Below are positions 1 to 13,493 of a stretch of 64,000 bases of DNA, one piece after another. Below the pieces are notes generated by a model. The model saw nothing but the letters and a program-made list of their open reading frames with translations. It was not told where the DNA came from and searched no databases. The stretch comes from Octopus sinensis (taxonomy: Eukaryota): positions 1-64,000 of the forward strand of contig NW_021832389.1 in assembly GCF_006345805.1 (NCBI RefSeq), in the 5' to 3' direction. The translations under genes were made by a program, and so were the position numbers. The first letter of the stretch is position 1. Every line of letters begins with the position of its first letter.

Positions 1-210
1 AATTGCAAAAAAATATCTCCCTCAGAGAATTGTTTGTTCCGATACGTGCCTCCCTTATGCTCGGGTCACTTCATCAAGGAAGAGGAGATGGAAGCTTCAG
101 TGAAGGAGATCCTTGCCCTCCAGGACAAGAACTGATGTCAACGTGAGATCAAAGAAGCGGCTGAGAGGTGGCTCCAGAGGGGGCGAAACGATGGATTCTG
201 TATTTCAATT
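1..210 (+). pseudogene. Mariner-type DD34D transposase C-terminal remnant (runs off left edge)
   Basis: Frame 1 reads ISPSENCLFRYVPPLCSGHFIKEEEMEASVKEILALQDKN*CQREIKEAAERWLQRGRNDGFC, matching the mariner tail pattern (APSDYHLF..L.G.RF..EE.K.AV......Q...FY..GI..L..RW......G.Y); one in-frame stop. Confidence 0.7.
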
Positions 211-839
211 CTAGGCTGCATCTTCTGTAACTTATAAATCATCACAATATTTAAGAATAATGGGGGTTGCCAAAAAGTGGGGTTATGTGAAGGTTTAGAA
301 CATGGAACACAATTTCTTTGCAGGAGTTTTTTGGCGTTTGTGCCTTAGGTTCAGATTCCGAACAGATTCAACTTAGTATATTGTGTTCACTAAAATAAAA
401 TGCCATTCAAGTTACTGTATTCTCACTCACATTTGATGATAGGTAACTATATAAATAACAAATACACACATACATACATACATACATATATATATAGATA
501 TATAGGTTGTATGGGAGCACTGAGGCGAAACAATATATCTCCAGAAGGCAAGCGTCTGTTTACATTCCGAATACTACAACTGCCTGATTATGTAATTTTT
601 TTCGTGACCATTGTTATTTTTTGTACATGTACATATGTATACATGCATGCATAAACATATTATATATATATATACACATATATATATATCATGTATGTAT
701 GCATGTACATGTATATGTATATGTAGTAAACATATACACATAATATGTATCTGTATCTATTCATTTTTCCTCTCTCTATATATATTATATATTATATATA
801 TATATATATATACATAACATACATACACATACATACATG

Positions 840-891
<52 letters not shown>

Positions 892-1503
892 CATACATAC
901 ATACACATACATACATGCATATATATATATGTATGTAGTATGTATGTATGTATGTATATATATATATTATATAATATATATATTATATATATATTATATA
1001 TATATATTTACACAATCACAAACACACAATATTTCTTTCGTATTTATAAGGATATTGTGAGACGATAAATAAGTTACATTATTCTGGCAAACATTACATC
1101 AAGTCTTATATTGCTATTTTCTGTTAGACTTTCTCGACGTCTGTATTGAAATTGTATAAGAATTGTTACTGAAAGTTTTCTTATGTAAGTCTAATGAAAT
1201 TCCCTGATGCGATGGGTTTATAACTTTGCATGACAATTGTAAAAAAGATAAAAAATCGAAATACCGGAATCAATGGTATTATAATTTTTGTAACCGTATT
1301 ATTTAGGAATGATCATATTCAAATAGAAGGGAGATGGATTCTTGAATTATTCATAAAAACATCATTATAGGGTGCTCATTTGCCTAAAACGGAAATAAGA
1401 AATGATAAAAATTAAGTGAGGATAAAGTAATGATATACAGATATATAATATAATACAATATAACATAATATATGATATAATATGATACATGTAATATAAT
1501 ACG

Positions 1504-1550
<47 letters not shown>

Positions 1551-1569
1551 TATCATATATTATATTTGT

Positions 1570-1611
1570 GTCTATGTGTATATGTGTGTATGCATACATG
1601 TACATATATAC

Positions 1612-1656
<45 letters not shown>

Positions 1657-1816
1657 TTATATATATATATGGTACGTATGTATACATATACATATATGAT
1701 GTGCATATATGTGTATATATATATATATATATTATATATATATAATATATAATATGCGTGTGTGGTGTGTGTATGTGTATATGTATGTATGCATACATGT
1801 ACATATATACATATAA

Positions 1817-1866
<50 letters not shown>

Positions 1867-1915
1867 ATATATATATATAGGTACGTATGTATACATATAC
1901 AATATATGATGTGCA

Positions 1916-1975
<60 letters not shown>

Positions 1976-2085
1976 CGTGTGTGTATGTATGCATACATGT
2001 ACATATATACATATAAATATATATATATATAGGTACGTATCTATACATATACAATATATATGTGCATATATGTATATATATAGAG
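1570..2085. repeat. Triplicated ~200-bp compound microsatellite unit
   Basis: Non-trivial anchors (gtatgcatacatgtacatatatacatataaat; ggtacgtatgtatacatatac) recur three times, anchors near 1671, 1880 and 2032. Confidence 0.8.
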
Positions 2086-2230
2086 AGACAGAGAGATAGA
2101 TAAATAGATAGATAGATAGATCGATAGATATGCTGAAAAAGAGGGAGAGAGGGCTGCATACATAAATATTTTATCTTATGTCTATATACGTATGTCTCCA
2201 TATATATATTATATAATATATATATCTATA

Positions 2231-2266
<36 letters not shown>

Positions 2267-2764
2267 CAATGTATGTGTGTGTATATATATATGTGTGTTT
2301 GTATGTGTGAGATTAAATAAACTATTATATTTTTATGGCGACCATCTGTAATCCCGGTTCCGTGTCAACATATTTTGCATTGTATATATAAAACGCTATC
2401 TGTATCTAATGACTGGTTTAAAACACTTCACCATTTTATATCCCTTGTGAATGCATCTACAAATACGTTACAAATATTTATCGAATGAATTTACTTTGGA
2501 AACAAGCTATATATGAAGTCATCGGAGAACATAATGTTCATAGTATGTTAAACACTATACGTAGTCTAGCAACACTGTATTCATTCGCATTTAACATCAA
2601 AAGTTATGTTATTAATATCCCTAAGTCTCCACATAAATCGGATAGGCTTGCATAATGTTTCCTAAATAGTTTCGGAAGCAACACTGACTTTTAAAAATAA
2701 CTAACTGAGCATCATTATATCGTAATGTTAACATATCATTATTTCTGTGTCCTACTCATCCTAA

Positions 2765-3124
2765 GTAAGGCCCTCGTCGGACATGCATGGTAGTTTCCAT
2801 GCATGACCATGGGATTGCAGCTAGAAAGTTTACCTCCGAGGTACAAGTCTGGGCAAGTTTGTTTATGGAAGGCCAGCAGTCGCCCATGATTGCCAGCACC
2901 ACCACTCTTCTGCACGACACCGATGTTACCCAAGGGTAAAGCAAAAGCCGATACAGTCTGGCATCAATGACGTCGCAAGTCATTTCTGCAGCTGTCTGAA
3001 CGCGTGCAGTGTAAAATAAAGTGTCTTGCTCAAGAACACAACACACATCCCGAACCGGGAATCAAACTCACTTCCTCATGATTGTGAGCCGGGCGCTGTT
3101 ACCACTGAGCCATGCGCCTTCACT
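2765..3124 (-). mobile_element. tRNA-head + CORE-type SINE, tail type T2 (diverged)
   Basis: Reverse complement starts gtgaaggcgcatggctcagtgg (A box)...gagtttgattccc (B box), then ttgtgttcttgagcaagacactt; 3' part aligns to 20130-20230. Confidence 0.85.
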
Positions 3125-3229
3125 GATCGTATAGCATAGTACTATACTGCCGAATAGTATAGTATCTATCCAACCAACGGCCATACTCAGAAGCTGGGAT
3201 GCTTCTTATTACTGGCATCATTCTGGAGT

Positions 3230-3480
3230 GTCATCCCAGACTGGACATGCTGCTTGGTTTTCCGTTTTGGAACCTGTGAATCATATCCTCTTGTTTGAGG
3301 ATGTGGCTGCGATGACGCGGTTCCGGTTGGCCTGCCACATGCCACATGGTGACGATTGAAGAGGAAGTATTTTTGCTAAAATTAAGACTGACTACAACAC
3401 CATGCGGCGGATTGCTTGGAACGGTTTGGAAAATCACGAACAATTGTGAATGCTATGACGCGCTGAAACCGCGCATACAT
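3230..3480 (+). mobile_element. Decayed RTE-like LINE 3' coding remnant
   Basis: Broken frames give GHAAW... and RGSGWPATCHMVTIEEE...VWKIT, resembling the RTE ORF2 C-terminal W.GH..R / GRP.TTW..TIEED region. Confidence 0.4.
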
Positions 3481-3574
3481 CCATACCTGACTTGACATCA
3501 GTCTTCTCCATACTTTATTAACAAATTCACTGATTAAGTCGTTCGTTTCTTTGTTTTCATTTATTTTCTGGTAC

Positions 3575-3720
3575 TTGTTTCAGTCATTGGATTGCGGCCA
3601 TCCTGGGGCACTGCGTTAAAGGATTTAGTTGGCAAAATCGATCCCTAAAGCCTCGTACTTATGCTATCGGCCACTTTTGCCGAACTCCTCAGTTATAGGG
3701 TCGCAAACAATCATCACTCG
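3575..3720 (-). mobile_element. 3' fragment of the ~400-bp family C SINE
   Basis: Reverse complement of tacttgtttcagtcattggattgcggccatcctggggcactgcg matches the tail at 26070-26115. Confidence 0.75.
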
Positions 3721-3784
3721 TTGCCAAGCGCGACAAACAAACACTCACACATACCACACACACTCATACACGCACACACACAGA

Positions 3785-3891
<107 letters not shown>

Positions 3892-4081
3892 ACACGACAG
3901 GCCTCTGATGATGACTATACGTACTACGTTGAAATACAATCTGTAAGCAGAACAGTAAGACTCTGTAAGACATTTCTCAGGTTTCACGGTGACATGTTTT
4001 ATTAGCTACATTCCAAAGATGTATCTTTGTTAGAAACCAGATCTTTCTTCGAAGGAAGAATTTGAAAAATTAAAAACGGAA

Positions 4082-4490
4082 ATGACTATACATACATACA
4101 TACATAGATACATACATACATACATACATACATTACATACATACATACATACATGCATACATGCATACATACATACATACATGCATGCATACATACATAC
4201 ATACATACATACATACATACATACGTACGTACGTGCATACATACATACATACATACATACATACATACATACATACGCAGTCTACTTTATTCAATCTTAT
4301 AATTATTGTGTTATTTTTAATTTATAACAGTAAATTGTGATTAATTTAATAAAAACACTACAGCTAATTCTAAGACCATCATCAACTACATCAATAAAGA
4401 CACTCTCGTTGAATCGACTCTCCATTTATTCTCACGCATACAGAGAGCGTACAGCTATCGTTTTCATCCTAACAGCCAGATGTTATACGC
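4082..4490 (-). mobile_element. Probable LINE 3' end with AATAAA and (TATG)n tail, copy 1
   Basis: Minus strand ends gattgaataaagtagactgc(gtat)n; unique part aligns to 6170-6365 (e.g. tatttattctca...acagagag...cctaacagccagatgt). Confidence 0.55.
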
Positions 4491-4689
4491 CGTACAATAG
4501 TTGTTTTAAATCTATATTAACGGCGAAATAATTAAACAGAAAACATAGGCAGCAGACGACAGAAGAAAAAAGTAATTCTCACCGTGTATTACCTTATTTA
4601 CAATTTATACATTTTTAATCACAACTGAATTAGGAACTCTATTAAAACTCCGAAACAAATTTGAAATTTCACCATTTTTCATCCAGTCG

Positions 4690-5065
4690 CGTATTCATTT
4701 ATTTATTTAGTTGTATTATTACAGTTACCGTTATTTATTTATTGATTGGTTTTCGTCTTCTTCTTCTTCCTCTTCTACCTCTACTTCTTCTCTTCTTCTT
4801 CTTCTTCTTCTTAGTTTATTATTATTATTATTATTATTATATTATTATTATTATTTATTGTTATGTGGTGTTGTATATCATTATTAGTTATTATTGTTTT
4901 ATATTATAATATAATTATTATTTATTCATTTAGTTGTATTATTACTGTTACAATTATTTATTTATTGATTGATTTTGGGCTTCTTCTCTTTTTCTTCTTC
5001 TTGTTCTTCTTCTTCTTCCTATTATTGTTATATTATATATTATTATTATTATCTTATTATCATTA

Positions 5066-5096
<31 letters not shown>

Positions 5097-5120
5097 ACAT
5101 TATTATTATTATTATTATTA
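4690..5120. repeat. Tandem duplication (~220-bp period) with (CTT)n/(TAT)n tracts
   Basis: atttagttgtattattac(a/t)gttac..ttatttatttattgatt occurs at about 4705 and 4927, each followed by CTT then TAT runs. Confidence 0.7.
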
Positions 5121-5720
5121 TAATTATTATTATTATTGATTTATTTATTTTTTTATTTTAATACATTTATTGCTTTCGGCTCAAGGAAATGACGGCATAA
5201 TTATTTCTACTCAATTATCTGAAACTACACAGCAACTCGTTTTCCGTTGGTCTTGCTGTTGTTATTGATGTTGTTGTTGTTCTTGTTGTTGTCACTGTCG
5301 TCGTCGTCGTCGTTTTTGTTGCGGGTATTGGTGGTGGTGGTGGGGGGGGTGAGGGTGGCGATGGTCGTTGTGTCGCTACAGGTGTACATAGTGTGTTTTA
5401 AGTCGATTTCCTACCGCCATATTGTCTCACCAACTTCAGTCAATCTTGATCAACAAAATTCACACTCATCAGTGTAACCATTCCAGGCGTGACCATCTCG
5501 TCTTTTCAGCTGTATCGATGAATATATTATTTAATCGATCTTGGCTTTCCTTGTTTAATATGTCACTCTGCTGTGTCATGTGATCTTTATTTGTGATTCA
5601 AATATGATTTGTCATGTCTGCCAAGCTGAATATCTCTGTACGAAGTCACTTGTTAGCAGCGTGAATACATTCACAACACTTAACTTCTCTTATGGTTACG
5701 AGAAACAGACAACGATACCT

Positions 5721-5936
5721 ATTTCTTTACTACCCACAAGGGGCTAAACACAGGGGTGGGGGGAACAAACAAGGACAGACAAACGGATTAAGTCTATTAC
5801 ATCGACCCCAGCGCGTAACTGGTACTTAATTTATCGACCCCGAAAGGATGAAAGGCAAAGTCGACCTCGGCGGAATTTAAACTCAGAAAGTAACCGCAGA
5901 CAAAATACCGCTACGCATTTCGTCCGGCATTTTGCC
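5721..5936 (-). mobile_element. Nin/Deu-domain SINE (tail 1), 5'-shortened, with 15-bp TSD
   Basis: Contains gcctttcatcctttcggggtcgataaattaagtaccag (Nin/Deu motif, on minus) and B box gagtttaaattcc; flanked by cagacaacgatacct at 5706 and 5937. Confidence 0.92.
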
Positions 5937-6039
5937 CAGACAACGATACCTTCGAACGCAAATATTGAACGGTGAGTGCTCGCGTGAATCTGGATTCGCA
6001 GACGTAACGTTCTTTCTAGAATGATAATCATCGCTATAC

Positions 6040-6365
6040 ATACATGCATAATTACAAACATATATACATACATAAACACACACACATACACATACACATA
6101 CATACACACATACATACATACATACATACATACATACATACATACATACATACATACATACATACATACATGTCCTACTTTGTTCAATCTACGATTTTTT
6201 ATTAACAATGGTAAATTATAATCAATTTAATGGGAATACTGCAACCAATTCTAATACATGCATCAATCCCATCCATAAAGACCCCCTCGTCGAATCGACA
6301 AGCTATTTATTCTCATATGTACAGAGAGATGTACAGTTGTCGTGTTCGTCCTAACAGCCAGATGT
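6040..6365 (-). mobile_element. Probable LINE 3' end with (TATG)n tail, copy 2
   Basis: Diverged paralogue of 4082-4490 in the same orientation. Confidence 0.55.
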
Positions 6366-6502
6366 AGGAGTAGCATCGGTTGTGTTGCCTATGGATACAG
6401 TTCTCCCTTCTCCGTAACAGCGATGTTGTCCAAGGGATCGAATTCCCACCCTTTTAATCTGATCTAGCGTGAGACCAGTCTTATTGCGGGTGTTTGTGTC
6501 GG

Positions 6503-6792
<290 letters not shown>

Positions 6793-7286
6793 GTTGATTG
6801 AGGGATACAAAAGTGATAGGTGTTCTTTGATGGAAAATTTGATAGCCATCCTTAGCAGATCAGGACCCAATATAAAGAATATGTCATTGTCTTATGCAAA
6901 TTCTGATAATAACATGGTGCATTGGCTGGTTCAAGCAGAGATCAAATCCGTCTCTTCTTCTTAGACCTGGGTCATCTGCAGTTCTACAGAACCGCCATTT
7001 TCGAAATACTCATATCAATAATTAGTTATAGGTCTCATTTCTCCGTCTATTCATCACATTCAATCGTCGTTCAATGTAATTTAGTCATTTATTAAATAAA
7101 GCGAATATAATTCAATTGCGCAAATACAAAATCGGCTTAGCGAAATATTTCGAATTATTTCCTTCAGAAAATTCAAGATCTCTCCTTCTCCCTTCCTCCC
7201 CCTACTCTCTCTCTCTCTCTCTATCTCTCTCTCAATCTCTTGCCCAAACTCTTTCTCACTCACTCTCCTTCTCTATCTCCCACTCA

Positions 7287-7321
<35 letters not shown>

Positions 7322-7419
7322 TGTCACACACAGACACACGCACATATGTGGAGCTAATCGACGGCAGCATTCGTCCTATTTTTCTGGACTGCCATGTTAG
7401 CTTGGCGATAACTATTAAT

Positions 7420-7774
7420 ACATAGATAGATAGATAGATACATACATACATACATACATACAACATACATACATACATAATATCTACATACATACGTACT
7501 ACGAATACATACATACATACATAATACAACATACATACATACATTACATACGATACGTACATACGTACATACTACATACATGCATGCATACATACATACA
7601 TACATCATACATACATACATACATTCATACAACATACATACATACATTCATACATACATACATACATTCTACATACATACATACATTATACATTCATACA
7701 TACATACATACATACATACTTCATACATACAACATACATTCATACATACATACATACATTCATACATACATACA

Positions 7775-7803
<29 letters not shown>
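7420..7803. repeat. Interrupted (TACA)n microsatellite
   Basis: Direct reading. Confidence 0.95.
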
Positions 7804-7806
<3 letters not shown>

Positions 7807-7967
7807 GAGGCAGGAGAATAACGTTCCCAACTCCTCAATGTCCAGATGTTGTTCCGCACTTCCACAAAGGTACAGGTCTATATTTAAAATCCCAGGTAAA
7901 TTCTGGCAATATTTTGGCAAAACTGCTCCCCTGCTAGCAATATATAGGCACAAAGTAGAGTGCTTCA

Positions 7968-8357
7968 CCGATATCCAGCTGGCGGAAGATCTGCTCGGGG
8001 TTAAATTAGTAGTAACATCAAACAGCTACTTTTGATGTGGCGATTATCTTTACTCCGTAGTATAGTTACTACTCTCATCTCTTTCCTTGTTTACAAAATA
8101 CAGCTAGCTGGAGCGAACTCTGATCATCTACCTGTCGACCGGGTGTTCACGACTGGAAGACGCACAACTTGCCCGAAACCGAGTTAGTCTCGTGATCCTG
8201 TCGTCAGCTGGAGGATGGTGGGGTTTGCTTCTCCCGCTGGCGATATACATGTACAGGGGGCTGTGATGCCCCGATAACCAGCTGGTGGAAGATCTACCTG
8301 GGGTTAATCTAGTAGAAACATGGAACAGTCACTTTGATGTGGCGATTTATTTTTACT
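7968..8357. repeat. Diverged ~88-bp direct repeats 303 bp apart
   Basis: ccgatatccagctggcggaagatct...tttgatgtggcgattatctttact (7968-8054) vs ccgataaccagctggtggaagatct...tttgatgtggcgatttatttttact (8271-8357). Confidence 0.85.
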
Positions 8358-8484
8358 TATATACATGCAAGTTTGTGTGTGTGTGTGTGCGTCAGTGCGT
8401 GCATGTGTATGTGTTTGTGAACACATAATAAATACCTGCTTATATACAGTGTATAGATATAGTATACATGTATAAGTGTATATA

Positions 8485-8521
<37 letters not shown>

Positions 8522-8525
<4 letters not shown>

Positions 8526-8711
8526 ACAATCAAGGAACGGCCATAATAGGCCATTCACCCACTAGAAATAACAGCCAAAGCTTCAACCGCAAATAAAAGT
8601 CAATCCGTAAAAGGAGAAAATTTACGGAATTGACTTTTATTTGCGGTTGAAGCTTTGGCTGTTATTTCTAGTGGGTGAATGGCCTATTATGGCCGTTCCT
8701 TGATTGTTGAT
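8522..8711. repeat. Near-perfect palindrome, 90/91-bp arms, 9-nt loop
   Basis: atcaacaatcaagg...gtcaatccgtaaa / aggagaaaa / tttacggaattgac...ccttgattgttgat; one indel between arms; left arm abuts (TA)n. Confidence 0.97.
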
Positions 8712-8815
8712 GTTGAACTTAAAAATGGTCTATGACTATTTAATTTTTTCCCACTAGGCCGCTGGTGGCAAAAAAATTCTACAAAATTTTTTTGGCACCC
8801 TATATTGATTAATTA

Positions 8816-8852
<37 letters not shown>

Positions 8853-8934
8853 TTATACATGTATACATATATTCATACAGATATAGATATATTAATACAT
8901 CAATAAGTGATGATTATGATGATGAGGATCATTA

Positions 8935-9161
8935 CTTTACTACCCACAAGGGGCTAAATACAGACGGGACAAACATTCACAGACGGAGGGATCAAGTCGA
9001 TTATATCGACCCCAGTGCGTAACTGGTACTTATTTAATCGACCCTGAAAGGATGAAGGGCAAAGCCGACCTCGGCGGAATTTGAACTCAGAACGTAACGA
9101 CAGACGAAATACTGCTACGCATTTCGCCCGGCGTGCTAACGTTTCTGCCAGTTCGCCGCCT
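8935..9161 (-). mobile_element. Nin/Deu-domain SINE (tail 1), full length
   Basis: A-box head aggcggcgaactggcagaa, B box gagttcaaattcc, Nin motif, tail ...ccccttgtgggtagtaaag. Confidence 0.92.
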
Positions 9162-9174
9162 CCATGACGACATT

Positions 9175-9256
9175 GATGATCATCATCATCATGATAATAA
9201 TAATAATAATGATAATAATAATAATGATAAGAATAATAATAATAATAATAATAATA

Positions 9257-9293
<37 letters not shown>

Positions 9294-9594
9294 TATTATC
9301 ATTATTATTATTATCATTATTATTATTATCATTATTATTATCATTATTATCATTATTATTATTATCATTATTATTATCATTATTATCATTATTATTATTA
9401 TTCTATTATCATTATTATTATTTATCATTATTATATTATCATTATATATTATCATTATTATTATCATTATATATTATTATTATTATCATTATTATTATCA
9501 TTATTATCATTATATTATTATTATTATTTATTATTACGTTATTATATATCATTATCCATTATTATTATTAGTATATATTATTATCATTATTATT

Positions 9595-9629
<35 letters not shown>

Positions 9630-9682
9630 TATATTATTTATCATTATTATTATTATCATTATTATTATCATTATTATCATTA

Positions 9683-9716
<34 letters not shown>

Positions 9717-9725
9717 TATTATTAC
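9175..9725. repeat. (AAT)n/(ATT)n compound microsatellite with orientation switch
   Basis: Direct reading; (aat)n flips to (tat)n near 9258. Confidence 0.95.
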
Positions 9726-10044
9726 GTTATTGCATAGAGTGCGAGGGAAAAAAAAACCCTTACCATAAAAGGACATATCGCCCCAACACCCAACACCACC
9801 CCGCTTCCCCGAAAATCGTTTATGCATTCTACTTCGATCCCCTCAACATCCCTATCACATCATCACGAGCATTAAGTTCCAATTTCGCTAGTATTATTGC
9901 TTGCAGTGATAATTTTCTACAGGAATTGTATTTGAAATGGATTTGAATAGTTTGAAAATATAGCAAAATATAAGACCAATTTATTTATCAATTCCTTAAG
10001 GCAGTCCGTTGACATTAAGTCATGTAATTTAATCAACCAATTAG

Positions 10045-10101
10045 ATCTCACAAAACACTGCGATGTGACTGCGCAGCCATTTTGGAATGAAATTTTCAAG
10101 G
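10045..10101 (+). CDS. Candidate internal exon of an unidentified host gene (phase 1-1): DLTKHCDVTAQPFWNEIFKG
   Basis: tttaatcaaccaattag|AT...AAGG|gtgata; 57 nt open and phase-compatible with 17226. Confidence 0.3.
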
Positions 10102-10202
10102 GTGATATTCAATAGAGATATTTGTATTTGCGTGTGTGAGTGTGTGATTGTAGATTGTGTGTGTGTGTGTGATTGTAGATTGTGTGTGTGTGTGTGATTG
10201 TA

Positions 10203-10236
<34 letters not shown>

Positions 10237-10608
10237 TTGTGTGTAAGATACGCTATGAAATGAACGTTCCTAATGCGTACACATGTATATGTAACTATCT
10301 AGATAATTCTGTAGATATGCCTGTTTGCGTATTCATGAATGCACACAAACACACACAGACACACGCATGTATACTTACATACACACATCCACGTAGGTCA
10401 CATATATATCTATATGTGTGTGTATGTGTGTGTGTGTGTATGTGTGTGTCTGTGTACGTATGTAAGTATATATATGTGTGCATATATGTACATATCTATA
10501 TATGTAGGCAGGTAGGTAGGTGGGTAGAATATATGTACATACATATACGTATACATTTACATCTGCATGCAGACTCTCACACAAACACACACACACACAC
10601 ACACACAT

Positions 10609-10647
<39 letters not shown>

Positions 10648-11195
10648 ATATGTTTATATATGCATATGCTGCATATATTTCTGAGTGAGTTTGTGTGCAT
10701 GTCTCTGTGTGTGCATCTGTGTTTCGGTATGTGTGTGTCTCTCTGTGAGTGTGCGTGTTTCTATGTTTGTGTGTGTATGTGTGTGTACATGTGTGTGTGT
10801 GTTTCTGTACAGTGCACTTTTAGTCGCGTATGGGTATAGGTGTTCTATGTTTACGTTAATCGTTTTTCCCGAGCACATTTAAACAGCCTTTGGGCCATTT
10901 CATTAATAACCCGGCATATACATCCACGGTAAGAGAGATAAATAGAAACAAATAGAGAGAGAGAGAGAGAGAGAGAGTACGTGTGCATGTGGAAGGAAGA
11001 GAGAGTGCGTGCGTATGTGGCAGAAAGAAAGAGAGATTGATAGTGATAGATAGATTGACAGATAGAGAGAGAGGGGGTTGCGCCAGCATTCGATTGGCAC
11101 ACATGTAGAGGTGCCTGGATCAGCGCAATGTAAAACGAATTGCTTTGCTCAAGGACACGACGTGATGACCGCTCCATGAATTGAATAATAATAAC

Positions 11196-11237
<42 letters not shown>

Positions 11238-11910
11238 CTGGAGGATTACGTATGTTTGGAGATCCTTGTAATATCACAGAAACGCACACACGATTGTCGT
11301 ACATTGTCTCACGATAATCTTTCAGTCTTCCATATGAGTTACTCACAGTGTGCTTAACGCATTAAAGAATTTAATTCAATTATAATCATTTCTACAATTT
11401 GACAGTCTCATCGTATGTGTGAAATAATGCTGCGGCATTTTTGGACAGAACAATGACGATGCCATTAGTGTAGATATTTCTACTGAATTTATATTGTTGT
11501 TAGATTTACACATCGTCAGTTGTGTATGTATATTTTTTAAAATTTTGTTTATGACTACTATACGTTATATTTCTATTTATTTTGGTATTGTGCTCTGCTA
11601 TGAATATCGTGACATTCTGTCGAGTATAGATAGCTTGTCCATAAATGTTTTAGCTGCTATGCTGTTGAAATGTCTATTTTTAAAACTACCGTCGACTATA
11701 CTTATGAATTGCTTACTGAAGACTGTTACAATTTCATTTGGTTCGGACATAACAGCTTGATGAGTGGGCAAGCATGTTTTGTTTTTTGTATTGCATATAA
11801 TGTTAGTCGAGGTTATTCCAACGGTGTTACTTCCTGCTAAGTTGTTTTTTTTAATAGTGTTTCTACAACCATAAATTAGATTTTGGTTGTTTCTGCTTTA
11901 TCATATACCT

Positions 11911-12506
11911 ATTTCTTTATTACCCACAAGGGGCTAAACACAGAGCGGACAAACAAGGACATACATAGGTATTAAGTCGATTACATCGACCCCAGTGCGT
12001 AACTGGTACTTAATTTATCGACCCCGAAAGGATGAAAGGCAAAGTCGACCTCGGCGGAATTTGAACTCACAACGTAACGGCAGACGAAATACCTATTTCT
12101 TTACTACCCACAAGGGGCTAAACACAGAGGGGACAAACAAGGACAGACAAACGGATTAAGTAGATTACATCGACCCCAGTGCGTAACTGGTACTTAATTT
12201 ATCGACCCCGAAAGGATGAAAGGCAAAGTCGACCTCGGCGGAATTTGAACTCACAACGAACGGCAGAGAAATACCTATTTCTTTACTACCCACAAGGGGC
12301 TAAACACAGAGGGGACAAACAAGGACAGACAAACGGATTAAGTAGATTACATCGACCCCAGTGCGTAACTGGTACTTAATTTATCGACCCCGAAAGGATG
12401 AAAGGCAAAGTCGACCTCGGCGGAATTTGAACTCAGAACGTAAAGGCAGACAAAATACCGATAAGCATTTCGCCCGGCACGCTAACGTTTCTGCCAGCTC
12501 GCCGCC
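11911..12506 (-). mobile_element. Nin/Deu SINE head-to-tail trimer with a single TSD pair
   Basis: Three bodies, period 184/182 bp, one head at 12506; tttatcatatacc flanks both ends. Confidence 0.95.
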
Positions 12507-12578
12507 TTTATCATATACCGAGTAGGTGTTTAATGAACAAAATATTCATTATGTCTCAGACAAATTAGACTTTAACAT

Positions 12579-12700
12579 TTAGAGGATCAGAGAGCAAAAA
12601 TAAAATAAAAAGTTGCTGCATCTTGTCTTATTAGACGACGATGGGAACAAGATGCGGGTGGGTGCTTCTATATTTGAATCTGCTACTTTCTCGTGGTCAA
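12579..12700 (-). CDS. Candidate terminal exon: (V)DHEKVADSNIEAPTRILFPSSSNKTRCSNFLFYFCSLIL*
   Basis: Strong acceptor ttttttttctctcaacgtcgctctttgctacag| on minus; open to TAA; short hydrophobic C-terminus. Confidence 0.2.
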
Positions 12701-13428
12701 CTGTAGCAAAGAGCGACGTTGAGAGAAAAAAAATCTTTCTATGATAACAAGTTACAGTTTCTTTTAACCAGTATTACTAATCATGTTATTTAAAACTACT
12801 GCTAAGTTTCAGGATTCTACATTAAGTTATACGGTTTTTTTTTCTTCCATATTCTTTTCTATATGGTTTGTAAGTTGTTTCTCATCTACATCAACAATCT
12901 ACGACGAATATATTTGTTTGCAAGAAAGAAAAAAAAATAACTTCTATATTTTATCCATTTGATGTGTTTCTGCAAAATACAGTTTTTTTATTGTTGTTGT
13001 TTCTCTTTTTTTATATTATTATTATTTTATTTCTGGTATAGAATCGAACCTTAATTATTTTTATCCGAATGCGACTCTCAGTCACTTCAAAGAAGAAATC
13101 GAAGTAGAATTTCATTGAAGAATGCATACATTTCCATTTAGAAGACAGCAACATTATTATTATTGATCGATGGGTCTCTTGTGAGGGCTCTTTATTTTTA
13201 TACTATATGTGTGTGTGTGTGAGAGAGTATTGTGTATGTATATAGACGCATTTACATTCATACACACACACACACACGTACACTCAAACGCACACAGGTA
13301 CAAATACACACACACAAACACACACACACACACATATATATACATATATACATATATGTATATCTATTTATCTATATATATACAGATATATAGATATAAT
13401 ATATTCATACACACATACACACACATAC

Positions 13429-13493
<65 letters not shown>

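Noticed and set aside
1128-1184. Coding exon with strong splice sites (ctgttag|...|gtaagt)
   Set aside because: Each of the three frames has a stop; could be a UTR exon or contain a base error, but unsupported as CDS.
8145-8205. Hammerhead-like fold (ctggaaga...gaaac with gca/tgc and cgag/ctcg stems)
   Set aside because: Core is not CUGANGA and there is no valid NUH triplet in register with stem I.
11494-11860. Ly6/three-finger-like KCFSC reading frame
   Set aside because: Needs an assumed frameshift to join a start; several frames on both strands are open here and no good donor exists, so no frame can be preferred.
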